DNA of 64,000 bases from an uncultured Clostridia bacterium (GTDB lineage Bacteria > Bacillota > Clostridia > TANB77 > CAG-508), in contig CAKOVS010000003.1 in assembly GCA_934122085.1 (NCBI GenBank), forward strand, positions 17,734-81,733. Reading direction: 5' to 3'. Below the pieces are notes generated by a model. It was not told the origin of the DNA. It worked only from the letters and a program-made list of their open reading frames with translations, and made no database searches. Below are positions 29,595-40,482 of the stretch, in pieces. How positions within the stretch are numbered: the first letter of the stretch is position 1; every line of letters begins with the position of its first letter. A program made the translations under genes and the position numbers.

Positions 29595-30249
29595 TTTGAA
29601 TCCTTTCACTATAAAAATAAATATTGTCTCCATCTTCATCTTGTAATATTTCTTCTATATGTTGATTTGTATACTTTTCAACATATTTGACATTAACTTT
29701 ATTCCATTTTCTAATATTATCTTGTATTTTATATGTTGTATTTAATCTATAATTAATTCCATTAACTTCATTATCTATCCATTCTGGTACATAAGCATTT
29801 TCTTTTATTTCTGGTTCTTCGACCTCATTAACATCTCCTAGAATTTTTATCGAATCAATCCTTACGATATCTTCATTTCTCCCTAATGTAAATGTTTCTG
29901 TTCCATTAATTATATTTTGATAAATTTTATCAATTATTTCATCTTCTGCTTGTACATGAATAATTAAATTAACATCTAACAACTGATGAACATTTCTAGG
30001 CATTGATGTTACTTTATCTTTTCCTTTATACATTCTTAAATTTTGATAATTACTAAATATCCCTTCATAACTTCCTTGTACAGATATACTCATTGGAAAA
30101 TATTCTCCTGGCTGGGCCTGAAGAATTTTATGAAACATTCCTATTATTGTTGAATATGGTGGCAATGGATATGTTTCAGCAACTTTAGTTGCGAATGGCT
30201 TTTTATAGCATGCTGTTTCTTGGTATAGTTTTAGTTTTAAAATTTTCAT
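29584..30249 (-). CDS. cas5: Cas5 (type I-B)
   Basis: MKILKLKLYQETACYKKPF... RAMP glycine-rich segment; gene position. Confidence 0.75.
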   Translation of the reverse strand: MKILKLKLYQETACYKKPFATKVAETYPLPPYSTIIGMFHKILQAQPGEYFPMSISVQGSYEGIFSNYQNLRMYKGKDKVTSMPRNVHQLLDVNLIIHVQAEDEIIDKIYQNIINGTETFTLGRNEDIVRIDSIKILGDVNEVEEPEIKENAYVPEWIDNEVNGINYRLNTTYKIQDNIRKWNKVNVKYVEKYTNQHIEEILQDEDGDNIYFYSERIQNEL

Positions 30250-30267
30250 TTATACCAATCCTTTCTT

Positions 30268-31176
30268 TTATGCTTTGTAATATTCAGTTACTTTTTCTTT
30301 TAAGTCTTTGAAAAATTCTTCTATATTTTTTGTTTTTCCTTCAAAAATTTCTTCTATTTCTTTTTCATTCTTGAATATGTTTTTTAACATACCTACTTTT
30401 GTGTCATCTAAAATTGATTTATCTCCAATTGTTAAGGTTGTTGTATCTTTTAACATTTCTTTATCAATACTGAATTCACCATTTTTTCCATTTAATTTTA
30501 TTCTTCCTAAAAAGAATGGTGAATTTATGTCATACATTCCTCCAATTACAAATACTGGGCTTAAGTTTTCTTCTCTTCCTCTTATTTCTCTATTTAATAT
30601 TTTTACTATATCTAATAATTGATTTACTCTTTCTGTTTTTTCTTCATTTGATAATTCTATTTCTTCATCTTTTCCTATTTTTTCTAAGTCTATTGTTATT
30701 GTATATGTATAATAACTTAAGTGTTGTTCAACATTTGCAAGGTTTGGAAATTCATTAATTCTATCTGCCAATCCCTTGTTATTTAAAAAATCCATATCAC
30801 TTTTATAATCTTCTAATGATATTGCATTACTTAATCTAACTGCTGCACTTCTGATATTTGAACCATCATTTTTTGCTGTTTTCATATACCCGAAAAGATC
30901 CATCTCTTGAGAATCTTGAATTGTAAACTTATCATCAAATTGAATTGTTCCTTTATCTTTATTTACAACTTGTAAATTCCAATTAAATAATTTATTTCCA
31001 AGTCTTACTATGTCATATCTTAATGCTTGTCTAGAAGCATATGTATAAACACTTCCATCTCCTCTTGTTAATTTTTTTAATTCAGATATATTTCCTATTC
31101 CTTCCCCATAATTTAAACTTTGACCTTTAAATACTAGAGTAATTGATAATCCTTTTTTATTTTTTATATTATCCAT
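30268..31176 (-). CDS. cas7: Cas7 (type I-B, Csh2/Cst2 family)
   Basis: ITLVFKGQSLNYGEG... typical Cas7 N-terminus; about 300 aa. Confidence 0.75.
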   Translation of the reverse strand: MDNIKNKKGLSITLVFKGQSLNYGEGIGNISELKKLTRGDGSVYTYASRQALRYDIVRLGNKLFNWNLQVVNKDKGTIQFDDKFTIQDSQEMDLFGYMKTAKNDGSNIRSAAVRLSNAISLEDYKSDMDFLNNKGLADRINEFPNLANVEQHLSYYTYTITIDLEKIGKDEEIELSNEEKTERVNQLLDIVKILNREIRGREENLSPVFVIGGMYDINSPFFLGRIKLNGKNGEFSIDKEMLKDTTTLTIGDKSILDDTKVGMLKNIFKNEKEIEEIFEGKTKNIEEFFKDLKEKVTEYYKA

Positions 31177-33013
31177 TTATTTTTTCCTCCTCTTTTTTCT
31201 CATATTTATTAGATATTAATCCTGCTAAAAAACTATGTCCTATTGATTCAAAATCTAATCCTGTAGTCTGCATAGTTTCTATAAAAATTGGTGATACATC
31301 TTTTCCCATTGCCATATGTAATCTTATTACAATATCCATAAATTCTTTTTTATTTCCTGCTTTTATGCTATTTAGCATTTTATATGTATATCCATCAAGT
31401 TTGTTGTCTTCACCTTTATTTTTTAATTCTGAGTGAATTTGAACTCCTAAATTATAAATAACATATAATTTGTCATTATTTTTCTTAATATCTTCCACTT
31501 CTTTTCCCTCCTTTTTTAAAGTATTTAATATCATTCTTATTTGTGTTGCTAAAAATGAATTATAACCATTTTTCTTTTCACCTTTTAACATTTCATCTCT
31601 TATCCTGTCATTAATTATATATTTTATATCTTTATTTTTCATAATATAGTCAACTATTTGTAGTCTATATCTGTAATCCCATATTTTTGATAATGTTTTT
31701 TCAGCATATTGTGTAAAAAATATTGACATGTATCTTTTTATATTAAAATATTCAATCCTGCTATATGCTCCATATTCAGCTTCAATTTCTACAACAAATA
31801 TGTTTTCTAATTGCCACATACTTACCTGTTTATCTTGTTCTACAATATCTAATATTAATTCTGAATAAGGATTTTCATTTCTATTTTCATATTTTGATTT
31901 ATTTCCAAAATTAATATTTGTTTTATATAATCTATCTATTCCAGTATCATAATTTACAAAACTTAGTAGTTGTTTTTCTCTATATTCTCCATTTTCTTTT
32001 ATTGTTTTTGTTATTGTTGTCATTCCTGCTGGTATACAAAATAAAATTAATTTACATACATCACATATTGGCATATTTACATTTTGATTCCAAAAGAAAT
32101 TTCTAGCATTATCACTACTTATAGCAAGTGGCACAAAGTTTCCTTCTGAATAATTTGTTGTCAATCCTATTTCATTTTCACACATACAACATCTTTTTAT
32201 TACTTTTTCTTTTAAATATTTTTGGATATCTTCTATTGTCTTTGATTTATCAATATAGTCTTTTATTATTTTTGAATAGATTTTTTCTATATCTTGTGTA
32301 ATATTGCCTTCTTTTGAATTTTCTATATATTCTTTTATTTGTTCAATACTATACTCATTTTGAATAATACCATTAATAAAACCTGTTTCCACAATATTGC
32401 TTACATAATCTTTATGCATAACTTCTTGTTGTTCTTCATAAGATAATGCTGTTTTAACTACATTTAGAAAACTCGGTTGGCCATAATATGTATTACTTAA
32501 GATACTTTTAAATAAATTTAATGTTAATCTTTTATTTATATTGTCTTTTTCTATATTTGAAATCAATTTTTCTTTTATTTCTATAATTTCTTGTTTTGTA
32601 TTTACTTTATCAATTTGTTCATATTGTTCTTTCATTTCTTCATATATAATTTCGTCAATTTTTTTAATTTTACCTAATTGTTTTTTTATCGTGTCTTTAA
32701 TATATTTTTTATTTGATTTTATCTTATCTTTTCGCTCTTTTTCCTTATCTTTATCCTCAAACTCAACTTCTATATTATTTTCCAAATAATCAAATAAACT
32801 CTTGGTTCTAGTTTTTACACTTTCTGCAACATTATATTTTTTGAAAAAATAATTAAAATAATATTTGTGAAAATTTCTTAAATTTTCTGTATCAAACTCA
32901 ATATAATTATTTTTTCTAATCGCAAATTCATCATCATTATCTTCAAGAATTCTTAAAAATCCCACGATTCCAGCATTATAAAACCAATCATTTAAGTATA
33001 CTTTTATCTTCAA
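31169..33013 (-). CDS. cas8b: Cas8b (type I-B large subunit)
   Basis: 614 aa with Cys cluster CCMCENEIG ... CDVCKLILFC; located between cas6 and cas7. Confidence 0.7.
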   Translation of the reverse strand: MKIKVYLNDWFYNAGIVGFLRILEDNDDEFAIRKNNYIEFDTENLRNFHKYYFNYFFKKYNVAESVKTRTKSLFDYLENNIEVEFEDKDKEKERKDKIKSNKKYIKDTIKKQLGKIKKIDEIIYEEMKEQYEQIDKVNTKQEIIEIKEKLISNIEKDNINKRLTLNLFKSILSNTYYGQPSFLNVVKTALSYEEQQEVMHKDYVSNIVETGFINGIIQNEYSIEQIKEYIENSKEGNITQDIEKIYSKIIKDYIDKSKTIEDIQKYLKEKVIKRCCMCENEIGLTTNYSEGNFVPLAISSDNARNFFWNQNVNMPICDVCKLILFCIPAGMTTITKTIKENGEYREKQLLSFVNYDTGIDRLYKTNINFGNKSKYENRNENPYSELILDIVEQDKQVSMWQLENIFVVEIEAEYGAYSRIEYFNIKRYMSIFFTQYAEKTLSKIWDYRYRLQIVDYIMKNKDIKYIINDRIRDEMLKGEKKNGYNSFLATQIRMILNTLKKEGKEVEDIKKNNDKLYVIYNLGVQIHSELKNKGEDNKLDGYTYKMLNSIKAGNKKEFMDIVIRLHMAMGKDVSPIFIETMQTTGLDFESIGHSFLAGLISNKYEKKEEEKING

Positions 33014-33027
33014 TTTTGCACCTCCTT

Positions 33028-33741
33028 TTAAACAATTTGGAACATCCCAAATCCTGCACTATGTTTACTTCCTATCCCTGCTTTATATAAATAACTTAAG
33101 AGTTCTATATCTCCTTCTAATGCAAAAATTCCTGTTGAACATTCTATTTGTTTTTCATAAAATTTTATAATTACTTTTTTTGCTTTAATTGGAGTAATTT
33201 TTAGTGTATCTACTGATTCTAATGGAATATTTGTTATTTTCAATTGTTCTTTAACATTCATTTTTAATGTTTCTTCAAATCTTTCATTCTCAAAAGAATA
33301 ATAATAGTCTTTGTTTTCTTCTCTTTTGCGAACACATAATGGAGATTGAAATTTTATAACTATTTTATTATCTTTAATTTCTTTTTCTGGTATAAGTACA
33401 ATATTTTGTAATGCCCACGAATTCTGATTAATAGAAAATTTCTTGTTTTTTTGATGATTAAATGCATTGTATATCGTAATTGCTGTTTCATAATTTTCTA
33501 TTGTCATATTCATTTCAAATCTTTTGTCTTCTAGTATTATTTCTTGCCCATTAATTTGTGGTTGCCTAAAGAAAATAGAAAAAGCATAAGGTTTTATAAT
33601 ATTATCTTTCTGGTTATAGTACTTCTTAAATTCATTTTCACTATATTCAGATAATGACAATTTTATAAAACTGATTATGCTTCTTCTATAATCAATTGGC
33701 ATTTTTTCATTTTCTAATGTAAAATATAATTTCATTCTCAT
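33028..33741 (-). CDS. cas6: Cas6 (crRNA endoribonuclease)
   Basis: C-terminal glycine-rich loop GIGSKHSAGFGMFQIV; start MRMKLYF after AGGAGGTG. Confidence 0.8.
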   Translation of the reverse strand: MRMKLYFTLENEKMPIDYRRSIISFIKLSLSEYSENEFKKYYNQKDNIIKPYAFSIFFRQPQINGQEIILEDKRFEMNMTIENYETAITIYNAFNHQKNKKFSINQNSWALQNIVLIPEKEIKDNKIVIKFQSPLCVRKREENKDYYYSFENERFEETLKMNVKEQLKITNIPLESVDTLKITPIKAKKVIIKFYEKQIECSTGIFALEGDIELLSYLYKAGIGSKHSAGFGMFQIV

Positions 33742-33974
33742 ATTTTTCACCTCCTTGTATACAAACTTATTTAAGCTTCCTACATTAAAGTAATTATCGT
33801 ACGACATGTATACAAATTATTAACTTTGTTAAATTTTAATCTATATAAATGTAAATTACTGTAATATTAAAATTCGACAAATTGCACCTTCTTTATACCA
33901 TATTTTACATTTTTTTACAAGTATTTTTATTGCTTTTTGCTTATTCTTTTCCAATATTAGGAAAATAGCATACA

Positions 33975-34008
33975 AAAAAGCACTACATTTTGCTATATAG
34001 TGCTTTTT
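33975..34008. terminator. Bidirectional intrinsic terminator
   Basis: aaaaagcacta-cattttgctata-tagtgcttttt. Confidence 0.55.
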
Positions 34009-34010
34009 AA

Positions 34011-35105
34011 TTATTTTTCCTTTGCAATAACATTAAAAATATGCCAATGTTTCATATTTCCAAGACCTGTTAAGCCTTCTTTTTCTACTTCATTAAACTT
34101 AATAATATCAAACTCATCAAATAAATTTAGTACCTGCTCTTTTGTAAAAAATGTCATATTAGATTCAGCATTATTCCAAGAATCATTTATTCCAAAAAAA
34201 TTCCCAACAAAATAACCATCTTTACATATATTTTTCTTTATAGTTTTCCACATTTCATCAAATTCCTGTTTATGACAAAAAGATAAACTGTAATTAGCCA
34301 CAATTAAATCTACTTCTTCTAATTGCATATTTTCAAAATTTCGTTTTTGAAATTCAAATCTTTTCATTTCATCAGAACTTAATCTTTTTGAAATTCTTTC
34401 TTTTATATTTTCTTTATCAATTGCAGTAACACTCCATCCATTTTTTATTAAATAAACTGTATCATTTCCAGCTCCGCAACCTATATCAATTGCCTTACCA
34501 GTAATATTTTTCACATTCTCTATAAAATACTTTACATTTTTCCTTGGAATATTTGATTCTGTATTATCATAATATTTTTCTGACTTTTTCTTTTTTAAAA
34601 TTCCAACTGCTATTTTATATTCTTCCTTTCCAAAATCAATTGTTGGAACAATTTCATTATTATTATACATATTTATAAATTGTTTAATTGTAACCCATTT
34701 AGCCTCTGTTGCCTCTCCATCCGGAAATGTAATCTCATTTATAGAAATATTTCTTTGAAATATCCATAAATCCTTAAAATCTGGTACTTTTTTATCTCTC
34801 TTGACTTCTTTCAAAAAGGTAGCATCTTTTTCTGAGAATATTATTCCTAATTCCTCTTTTAACTCTCTTAAAATTCCTTCCAAGCTAGTTTCTCCTGCTA
34901 ATATTGAACCACCATTACATTCCCAGAGTCCTCCATATTTCTTCCAAGAAGCTCTTTTACTTATCAATATTTCGTATTTTGAATTAAAAATTATTCCAGT
35001 TACGACAATATGATATTCTCCATCTTTAAATTCGTATCCATCTCTTTCTGCTAACTTACCTGTTTTATTTCGATTTTCATCATATATATCCCAAAATTCT
35101 GCCAT
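34011..35105 (-). CDS. Nudix hydrolase fused to class I SAM-dependent methyltransferase
   Basis: Nudix box GGSILAGETSLEGILRELKEELGI; C-terminal MTase motif I IDIGCGAGNDTVYL; start MAEFWDIYDENRNKTG after GAGGAG. Confidence 0.7.
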   Translation of the reverse strand: MAEFWDIYDENRNKTGKLAERDGYEFKDGEYHIVVTGIIFNSKYEILISKRASWKKYGGLWECNGGSILAGETSLEGILRELKEELGIIFSEKDATFLKEVKRDKKVPDFKDLWIFQRNISINEITFPDGEATEAKWVTIKQFINMYNNNEIVPTIDFGKEEYKIAVGILKKKKSEKYYDNTESNIPRKNVKYFIENVKNITGKAIDIGCGAGNDTVYLIKNGWSVTAIDKENIKERISKRLSSDEMKRFEFQKRNFENMQLEEVDLIVANYSLSFCHKQEFDEMWKTIKKNICKDGYFVGNFFGINDSWNNAESNMTFFTKEQVLNLFDEFDIIKFNEVEKEGLTGLGNMKHWHIFNVIAKEK

Positions 35106-35150
35106 AATTCTCCTCATTTCTTTCATCATAGTTTAAGTTTTATAAAAAAA

Positions 35151-35621
35151 TTAAATGTCTTTATTAATTTTGTGAACAGGAAATTTATTTTCTTTTAATA
35201 CACTTTTTATTGATGGTGGAAGTAATGGATATTCATCAATTTTAGAAATGTCTAACCATTCATATTTAAGCCAATCCTCTCCTTCAATATTTTTTAAAGT
35301 ATACTCTATTTTTTTATCTTCCTCATCAACAAATTCTGCTTTATGTACAAATAATATTTCATGATATTTAGAACCTTTCATTTCAAAAAAATTCTCTATT
35401 GTTGTAACATATCCAATAACCTCTATTTTTTTGCCTAATTCTTCCATAACTTCTCTTTTTACTGTAGTTTCTGAGTCCTCTCCAATTTTGACTCTTCCTC
35501 CCATTAAAGCATAATGATTGGAATTCACATTTCTATGCACTAAAATCTTTCCATTATGTTCAATTATTACTGTAGCCCTCACATTTAATTTGTAATCTTC
35601 AACATCAATAGTTAAGTCCAT
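35151..35621 (-). CDS. Nudix hydrolase
   Basis: Nudix box GGRVKIGEDSETTVKREVMEELG. Confidence 0.75.
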   Translation of the reverse strand: MDLTIDVEDYKLNVRATVIIEHNGKILVHRNVNSNHYALMGGRVKIGEDSETTVKREVMEELGKKIEVIGYVTTIENFFEMKGSKYHEILFVHKAEFVDEEDKKIEYTLKNIEGEDWLKYEWLDISKIDEYPLLPPSIKSVLKENKFPVHKINKDI

Positions 35622-35695
35622 CTTTTTACACTCCTTTTCTTTATTTTTATATCACAAATATCCACAAAAATTGCACTATTTGTGGATATTTATTA

Positions 35696-36670
35696 CTAAT
35701 TTTGATAATTAATATGCTCACCTTTTATTAATGGATATCTAATAAGACTCTCTCCATCTAAATTTTCTTTGTGCATATCAACTGCTGTAATTTGATGATT
35801 ATCATAAGTTGTATAATAATATATTCCTTTAGTTGCATTACAACATGATGTATAAATTGTAATTTCATATTTTCCATCATCTAATTGGCAACAACCTCTT
35901 TGCTGATCAACTGAATTAAGTATATGGAAAAATTGACTTACACTCTCATTTTCATCTTCACCAGATACAGAATTCATTTTTACAAATGCTACTCTAACAA
36001 ATCTTGATTGTGATGATAAATCCCCTGGAAGCCCTATTGCTCCCATTCCTCTACTATATTGTTGCAATTCTAGATTTTGTGCAAAAGAATTCTTTGATGA
36101 TTTGTTAGATAAATTCATATAATTATTTAAAGCAAATAATTGCTTATCAAATGGTGGATTATTTGTTAATACTCCTACTGGATTATCATATACTTTGATT
36201 CCATCTCTCACCGCTTCTACAGTTATAGACTCCTCTGAATCTGAAATAATCCAATGCAATTGTGCTAATGGTAATTGAGCACTAAATGGAACATTTAGTA
36301 AATTAATTTTTTCAATTAACCTTTTTGCTTCTTTTGTTGTAGCACATTGGCTTAAAATCCATGGAATAAATTCAAATTGTGCAATATTATCTTTTTCTTG
36401 TTGTGGTTCATTATAATGAGCATTACCAACAAAATTTAATCCTGCTATTCCTAATCCTTTTTCATTTATTGCATCATAATATAATGGATAATTATCAGCT
36501 ACATAAGCCATTCCTATTATTGCATAATGATTTGTTATTGATTCTTTATTTCTAAAATTAAATTGATAATTTCTTGGTGTTATTGCTATTTCTTCATTAT
36601 AAGAAAACTCATAATCTAATGTTCTCCCAAAATAGAAGTCTTTTGTTTTATATGTTGTTGCAGTACACAT
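35696..36670 (-). CDS. Ntn-hydrolase of the choloylglycine hydrolase / penicillin V acylase family
   Basis: MCTATTYKTKDFYFGRTLDYEFS: nucleophile Cys directly after the initiator Met; about 325 aa. Confidence 0.75.
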   Translation of the reverse strand: MCTATTYKTKDFYFGRTLDYEFSYNEEIAITPRNYQFNFRNKESITNHYAIIGMAYVADNYPLYYDAINEKGLGIAGLNFVGNAHYNEPQQEKDNIAQFEFIPWILSQCATTKEAKRLIEKINLLNVPFSAQLPLAQLHWIISDSEESITVEAVRDGIKVYDNPVGVLTNNPPFDKQLFALNNYMNLSNKSSKNSFAQNLELQQYSRGMGAIGLPGDLSSQSRFVRVAFVKMNSVSGEDENESVSQFFHILNSVDQQRGCCQLDDGKYEITIYTSCCNATKGIYYYTTYDNHQITAVDMHKENLDGESLIRYPLIKGEHINYQN

Positions 36671-36858
36671 ATTTCCTCCTTGTATAATATATTTTTTGGT
36701 TAAAGTCTCCCCCACATTCATATTATTTCTTAATTAAACTTTTTTATAATTATAACATTCTTTTTGTTTTTGTAAAATAAAATATTGTAAATTTTAGTAA
36801 CAAAAATAGATCTAATATTGTAATTAACTTACTGGATATTAGGTCTATTTTGCTTTTA

Positions 36859-37530
36859 TTATTTATTAAAATCATCAAACTCTAAATCATCAAATGGAAT
36901 ATTTTCAATTTCTTCTATTTCATTTTCGTCATTTAAAGTTAATTTAAATACTTCTGGTGAATTTATTCTTTTATCAAATACTACTTTGCCTTTAAAGCTT
37001 AATTTTAGTTCTCTATTGGGTGTTACTTTTTCTAATTTACACCATTTTAATAAGAAATACATTATTGCATAATCATGTGCAAATATTGCTATTCTTTTTC
37101 CTTTATTTTGACTAACAACTTCTTGGAATGCTTCATTTACTCTTTCTCTTACTTCAGCTTGGCTTTCTCCTCCTTCTGTTTTGAAATTTTCGTCTTCATA
37201 TTGTCTTGTATACCAATCTGGATATTCTTTATCATTTGGCTTTCCTACTCTTTTTTCATCAAATCTTTCATCTATATTTGCTTTTAAATGTTGTTTTTCT
37301 AATAGATACTTTGCTGTTTGTAATGTTCTTACACAATTGCTTGTATATACTACATCTATGTTTTGCAATTCTTCTTCATTGCTTAGTATTTCTGCTCTTT
37401 TTTCTCCTGTTACACTTAATATTATTTTTTCACTTCTTAATACTTTGTCTTGACTTGTTTTCCAACTTTCTATTACGTCTTTTGTATTGATTCTTACTGA
37501 GTGTCTTATTAAATATACTGTTGTTTTCAT
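36859..37530 (-). CDS. Histidine phosphatase (phosphoglycerate mutase-like) family protein
   Basis: N-terminal LIRHS catalytic motif, C-terminal AHDYAI histidine. Confidence 0.65.
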   Translation of the reverse strand: MKTTVYLIRHSVRINTKDVIESWKTSQDKVLRSEKIILSVTGEKRAEILSNEEELQNIDVVYTSNCVRTLQTAKYLLEKQHLKANIDERFDEKRVGKPNDKEYPDWYTRQYEDENFKTEGGESQAEVRERVNEAFQEVVSQNKGKRIAIFAHDYAIMYFLLKWCKLEKVTPNRELKLSFKGKVVFDKRINSPEVFKLTLNDENEIEEIENIPFDDLEFDDFNK

Positions 37531-37639
37531 GATATCATTGTATGAGATATTTAATACTTAAATACACCATACACTCCTTTCTTCATTTTTTATCGTTTTT
37601 ATTATATCTCAAATATATTATATTTTCAAGCAAAAATTA

Positions 37640-39103
37640 TTAAATGACTTCATTTAATAATACTCGTCCTCTTGAATCAAGTTTTACTAGCTGACTATTA
37701 ATTGCAATTGTTTGTAATTCTAACATCTTCTGCATTACTGTCTCCACACTAATATCAAATATTTGAGCTATTTTTTCTAATCCTTTTTCTCTGTTATCTA
37801 TCAATATATCTGAATATCTTTTTAATACTTCATAAAATTCTCTATGTTGATCTGTTATATCTTCACTACTTAATAATGTATCTGTATTACTATTTTCAAA
37901 TACGTCTTGTGGATTATATGTATTATCTTCAATTATATCTAGTAAATCAAAATAACCATCTGTTGTTTGTTGAATAAGACTTATTTCAAATTTATTTTTT
38001 GATAAATAATTAAACATTGCGTATTTTATGCCTTTCATAAGGACATTTATTACTAAATTTTGATCATAAGATAAATTGGTTTCAATTTTTCCACCATTCT
38101 CTATTAATTTTAAGTATACTTCTTGTTTTAAGTCTTCAAAATTGTTTAATCTTCCGTACATTTGAGCTATCACAATAGCCAATTTCTCAATTGTTTTATC
38201 TTTTGCAAAATATATTTTTTCGATTAATTCGTTACTTATTTGCTTTTGTTTTCCTAAATATATTTTTCCGTCTGAAATATTAAATACTTTTCGAGTTAAT
38301 TCTGGATTTTTCTTGTTTCCAATTATTTCTTTTATAAATGTATTTATTCCAATATTATATTCTTTACAAATATCCATTATCTCTTCTGTTGAATAATCTC
38401 TGTCTCCGAATTTGCTTAAATTTTCTATATCTATTTTCAATAAATCTGCTTTTACTTTATCTTTTTGTGAAATTTCTTTAAGTTTTACCTCTTTTCCATT
38501 TATTAATTCTCCATATTGTTTTTGATTAAGACCTAATGATTCTTTTATTTGATAGTCTGTATACCCTTTATCTTCTTTGGCTTTTTTCACTTCTTTAGGA
38601 GTTATAATCTTGTCATTTTTTATATCTTTTATTATATCATTTCTTATATTTATTTTATCTTGATAATCAAAAATCTTATTTTTTATTCTTTTTATTTTTC
38701 CATTCAATATCTTTATATATTTTTCTGCACTTATATCTAGTATTTTCATTAATCTAATATCGTCTGTTATATATTTTCTCATTTCTTTTATGTCTTCTGT
38801 AATTAAATATTCATTCTTTATATACTGTTTTAATATTTTTCGTTCTTCTGGCTTATATCTAATTCTATTATTATTTATGTTTGTACAAAGTCTACATATA
38901 AAATAACATTTTTCGCCTTTTCTTAATTTGGCATATGTATTTTTTGGGATTCCTAAACATTTTTTTAGTTCTTGTATAGTTATTCTTGTGTTTTCTAGTA
39001 TTTGATATATTGTTTCAGATGTTACTTTTTCTTCATCTTTTATCCTATAGTTTTGAATAATGTTTTCTAATACATACGATTTTCCATCCATTTTATTTTC
39101 CAT
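37640..39103 (-). CDS. Large protein with several HTH-like segments, possibly sigma-70-like C-terminus
   Basis: Repeated Kx-HTH-like stretches (TIQELKKCLGIPKNTYAKLRKGE; DISAEKYIKILNGK; LEKIAQIFDISVETVMQKMLEL); no firm family assignment. Confidence 0.3.
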   Translation of the reverse strand: MENKMDGKSYVLENIIQNYRIKDEEKVTSETIYQILENTRITIQELKKCLGIPKNTYAKLRKGEKCYFICRLCTNINNNRIRYKPEERKILKQYIKNEYLITEDIKEMRKYITDDIRLMKILDISAEKYIKILNGKIKRIKNKIFDYQDKINIRNDIIKDIKNDKIITPKEVKKAKEDKGYTDYQIKESLGLNQKQYGELINGKEVKLKEISQKDKVKADLLKIDIENLSKFGDRDYSTEEIMDICKEYNIGINTFIKEIIGNKKNPELTRKVFNISDGKIYLGKQKQISNELIEKIYFAKDKTIEKLAIVIAQMYGRLNNFEDLKQEVYLKLIENGGKIETNLSYDQNLVINVLMKGIKYAMFNYLSKNKFEISLIQQTTDGYFDLLDIIEDNTYNPQDVFENSNTDTLLSSEDITDQHREFYEVLKRYSDILIDNREKGLEKIAQIFDISVETVMQKMLELQTIAINSQLVKLDSRGRVLLNEVI

Positions 39104-39372
39104 TCCTTTCTTGCTTATCTAAATGCTACACATTATAAAGAAAGATTTTTTTTCAAACTATTTTCCTCTTTAAAATTCAAAAAGATACCTTTAGTTTTGT
39201 CTAAAAGTATCTCTTTTGATTTTCTTTTGGAATTTTTTTTATTTTAATTTAATTGCATTTTTATCTTATACTATTTATGTATAGTAGTCAATCATTGTTT
39301 TGTTTGTTTAATTTTTATGCTTTTTGTGTGTATTTTTTGTATTTATTGTATTGTTGTTAGCCAATTTATTTT

Positions 39373-39783
39373 TTATATTATTATTCCATTTGTATGATCT
39401 ATTTCATGTTGGATTATTTCTGCAATAAATCCATTATATTTTCCGTGTTGTTTATTGAAATTTATGTCCATATATTCTACTTCAATTTCTTTATATCTTT
39501 TGCATTTTCTTTCTCCGATTAATGATAGACATCCCTCTTCTGTTTGATATTCTTCTTTTTTATTTGTTATAATTGGATTTATCATTATAAAGTCATATAT
39601 TCCTCCTGATATACAGATTATTGCTTTATTATATCCTATCATGTTTGCTGCTAGCCCTACACATCTGTCTTTGTTTGCTTTTAGTGTGTCTAGCAGGTCT
39701 TGTGCTATATATTTGTCTTTTTCTGTTGCTTTTTCTGATTTTTGTGATAGGAACATTATGTCTTTTACTATGTTTTTTACCAT
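39373..39783 (-). CDS. def: Peptide deformylase (short form)
   Basis: Motifs GLAANMIG, EGCLS, HEIDH. Confidence 0.7.
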   Translation of the reverse strand: MVKNIVKDIMFLSQKSEKATEKDKYIAQDLLDTLKANKDRCVGLAANMIGYNKAIICISGGIYDFIMINPIITNKKEEYQTEEGCLSLIGERKCKRYKEIEVEYMDINFNKQHGKYNGFIAEIIQHEIDHTNGIII

Positions 39784-39870
39784 TTTATATTTTGATCCTT
39801 TCTTGCTATTGGAGTTTGGAATTAATTTGACTAAGATTCACGCTCTCACTTGCATTGCTAAAATTTTTTG

Positions 39871-40482
39871 TTAATACTTCTTAGGTCTATTTTCACTTTT
39901 TTTATTTAATATTTTATCTAGTTCTATTTCTGCTTTTTTTACGAAATAGTTATCTGTATAAATTGGTATTCCTATTTCATTCACTTTTTGAATTAATTTT
40001 TCTATAGTATTTAGCTCCTCTGTTTCCTCTATTTCTATTAACTTGTCACCATTATTTATATTTTTAATTGCTAATTCAAATCCGTCTTTTTCATATACTA
40101 TATCCTCTTCTTTTATATTCATAATTTCTTCATATCCTATTGCTTTTAATAACTTTTTTGCGTCTTCTATATTTAAAATGTTACAGTTAATGGATTCTTG
40201 ATTTAATATATTTCCATTTTCATCAATATTTTTTATTTTATATGTTATTAGTTTTGTTCTTTTATTTGAAGTTTTTCCTATAATATCTCTTACTAATATT
40301 GCTTTCGATAAAATGTCTCTTGTACTTAGTTTATCTAGTTCTATTTCTTTTGGTATGAAATATGTGTCGTCCATTGAGAATTGTCTTATTTTTTTGAATC
40401 CTTTTTCTTCTATTATTTTATAGAATTCGCTCAATTGACATTTTATTTTTATTGTTATTTCATTACTTGTTTTTTGGTTCAT
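39871..40482 (-). CDS. CYTH-like domain protein (triphosphate tunnel metalloenzyme / class IV adenylyl cyclase-like)
   Basis: N-terminal EITIKIKCQL matches the ExExK start of CYTH domains; about 200 aa. Confidence 0.4.
   Translation of the reverse strand: MNQKTSNEITIKIKCQLSEFYKIIEEKGFKKIRQFSMDDTYFIPKEIELDKLSTRDILSKAILVRDIIGKTSNKRTKLITYKIKNIDENGNILNQESINCNILNIEDAKKLLKAIGYEEIMNIKEEDIVYEKDGFELAIKNINNGDKLIEIEETEELNTIEKLIQKVNEIGIPIYTDNYFVKKAEIELDKILNKKSENRPKKY

Noticed and set aside
39373-39783. Short (136 aa) peptide deformylase as a possible pseudogene
   Set aside because: All three catalytic motifs (GLAANMIG, EGCLS, HEIDH) are present; it looks like a short functional form rather than a fragment.
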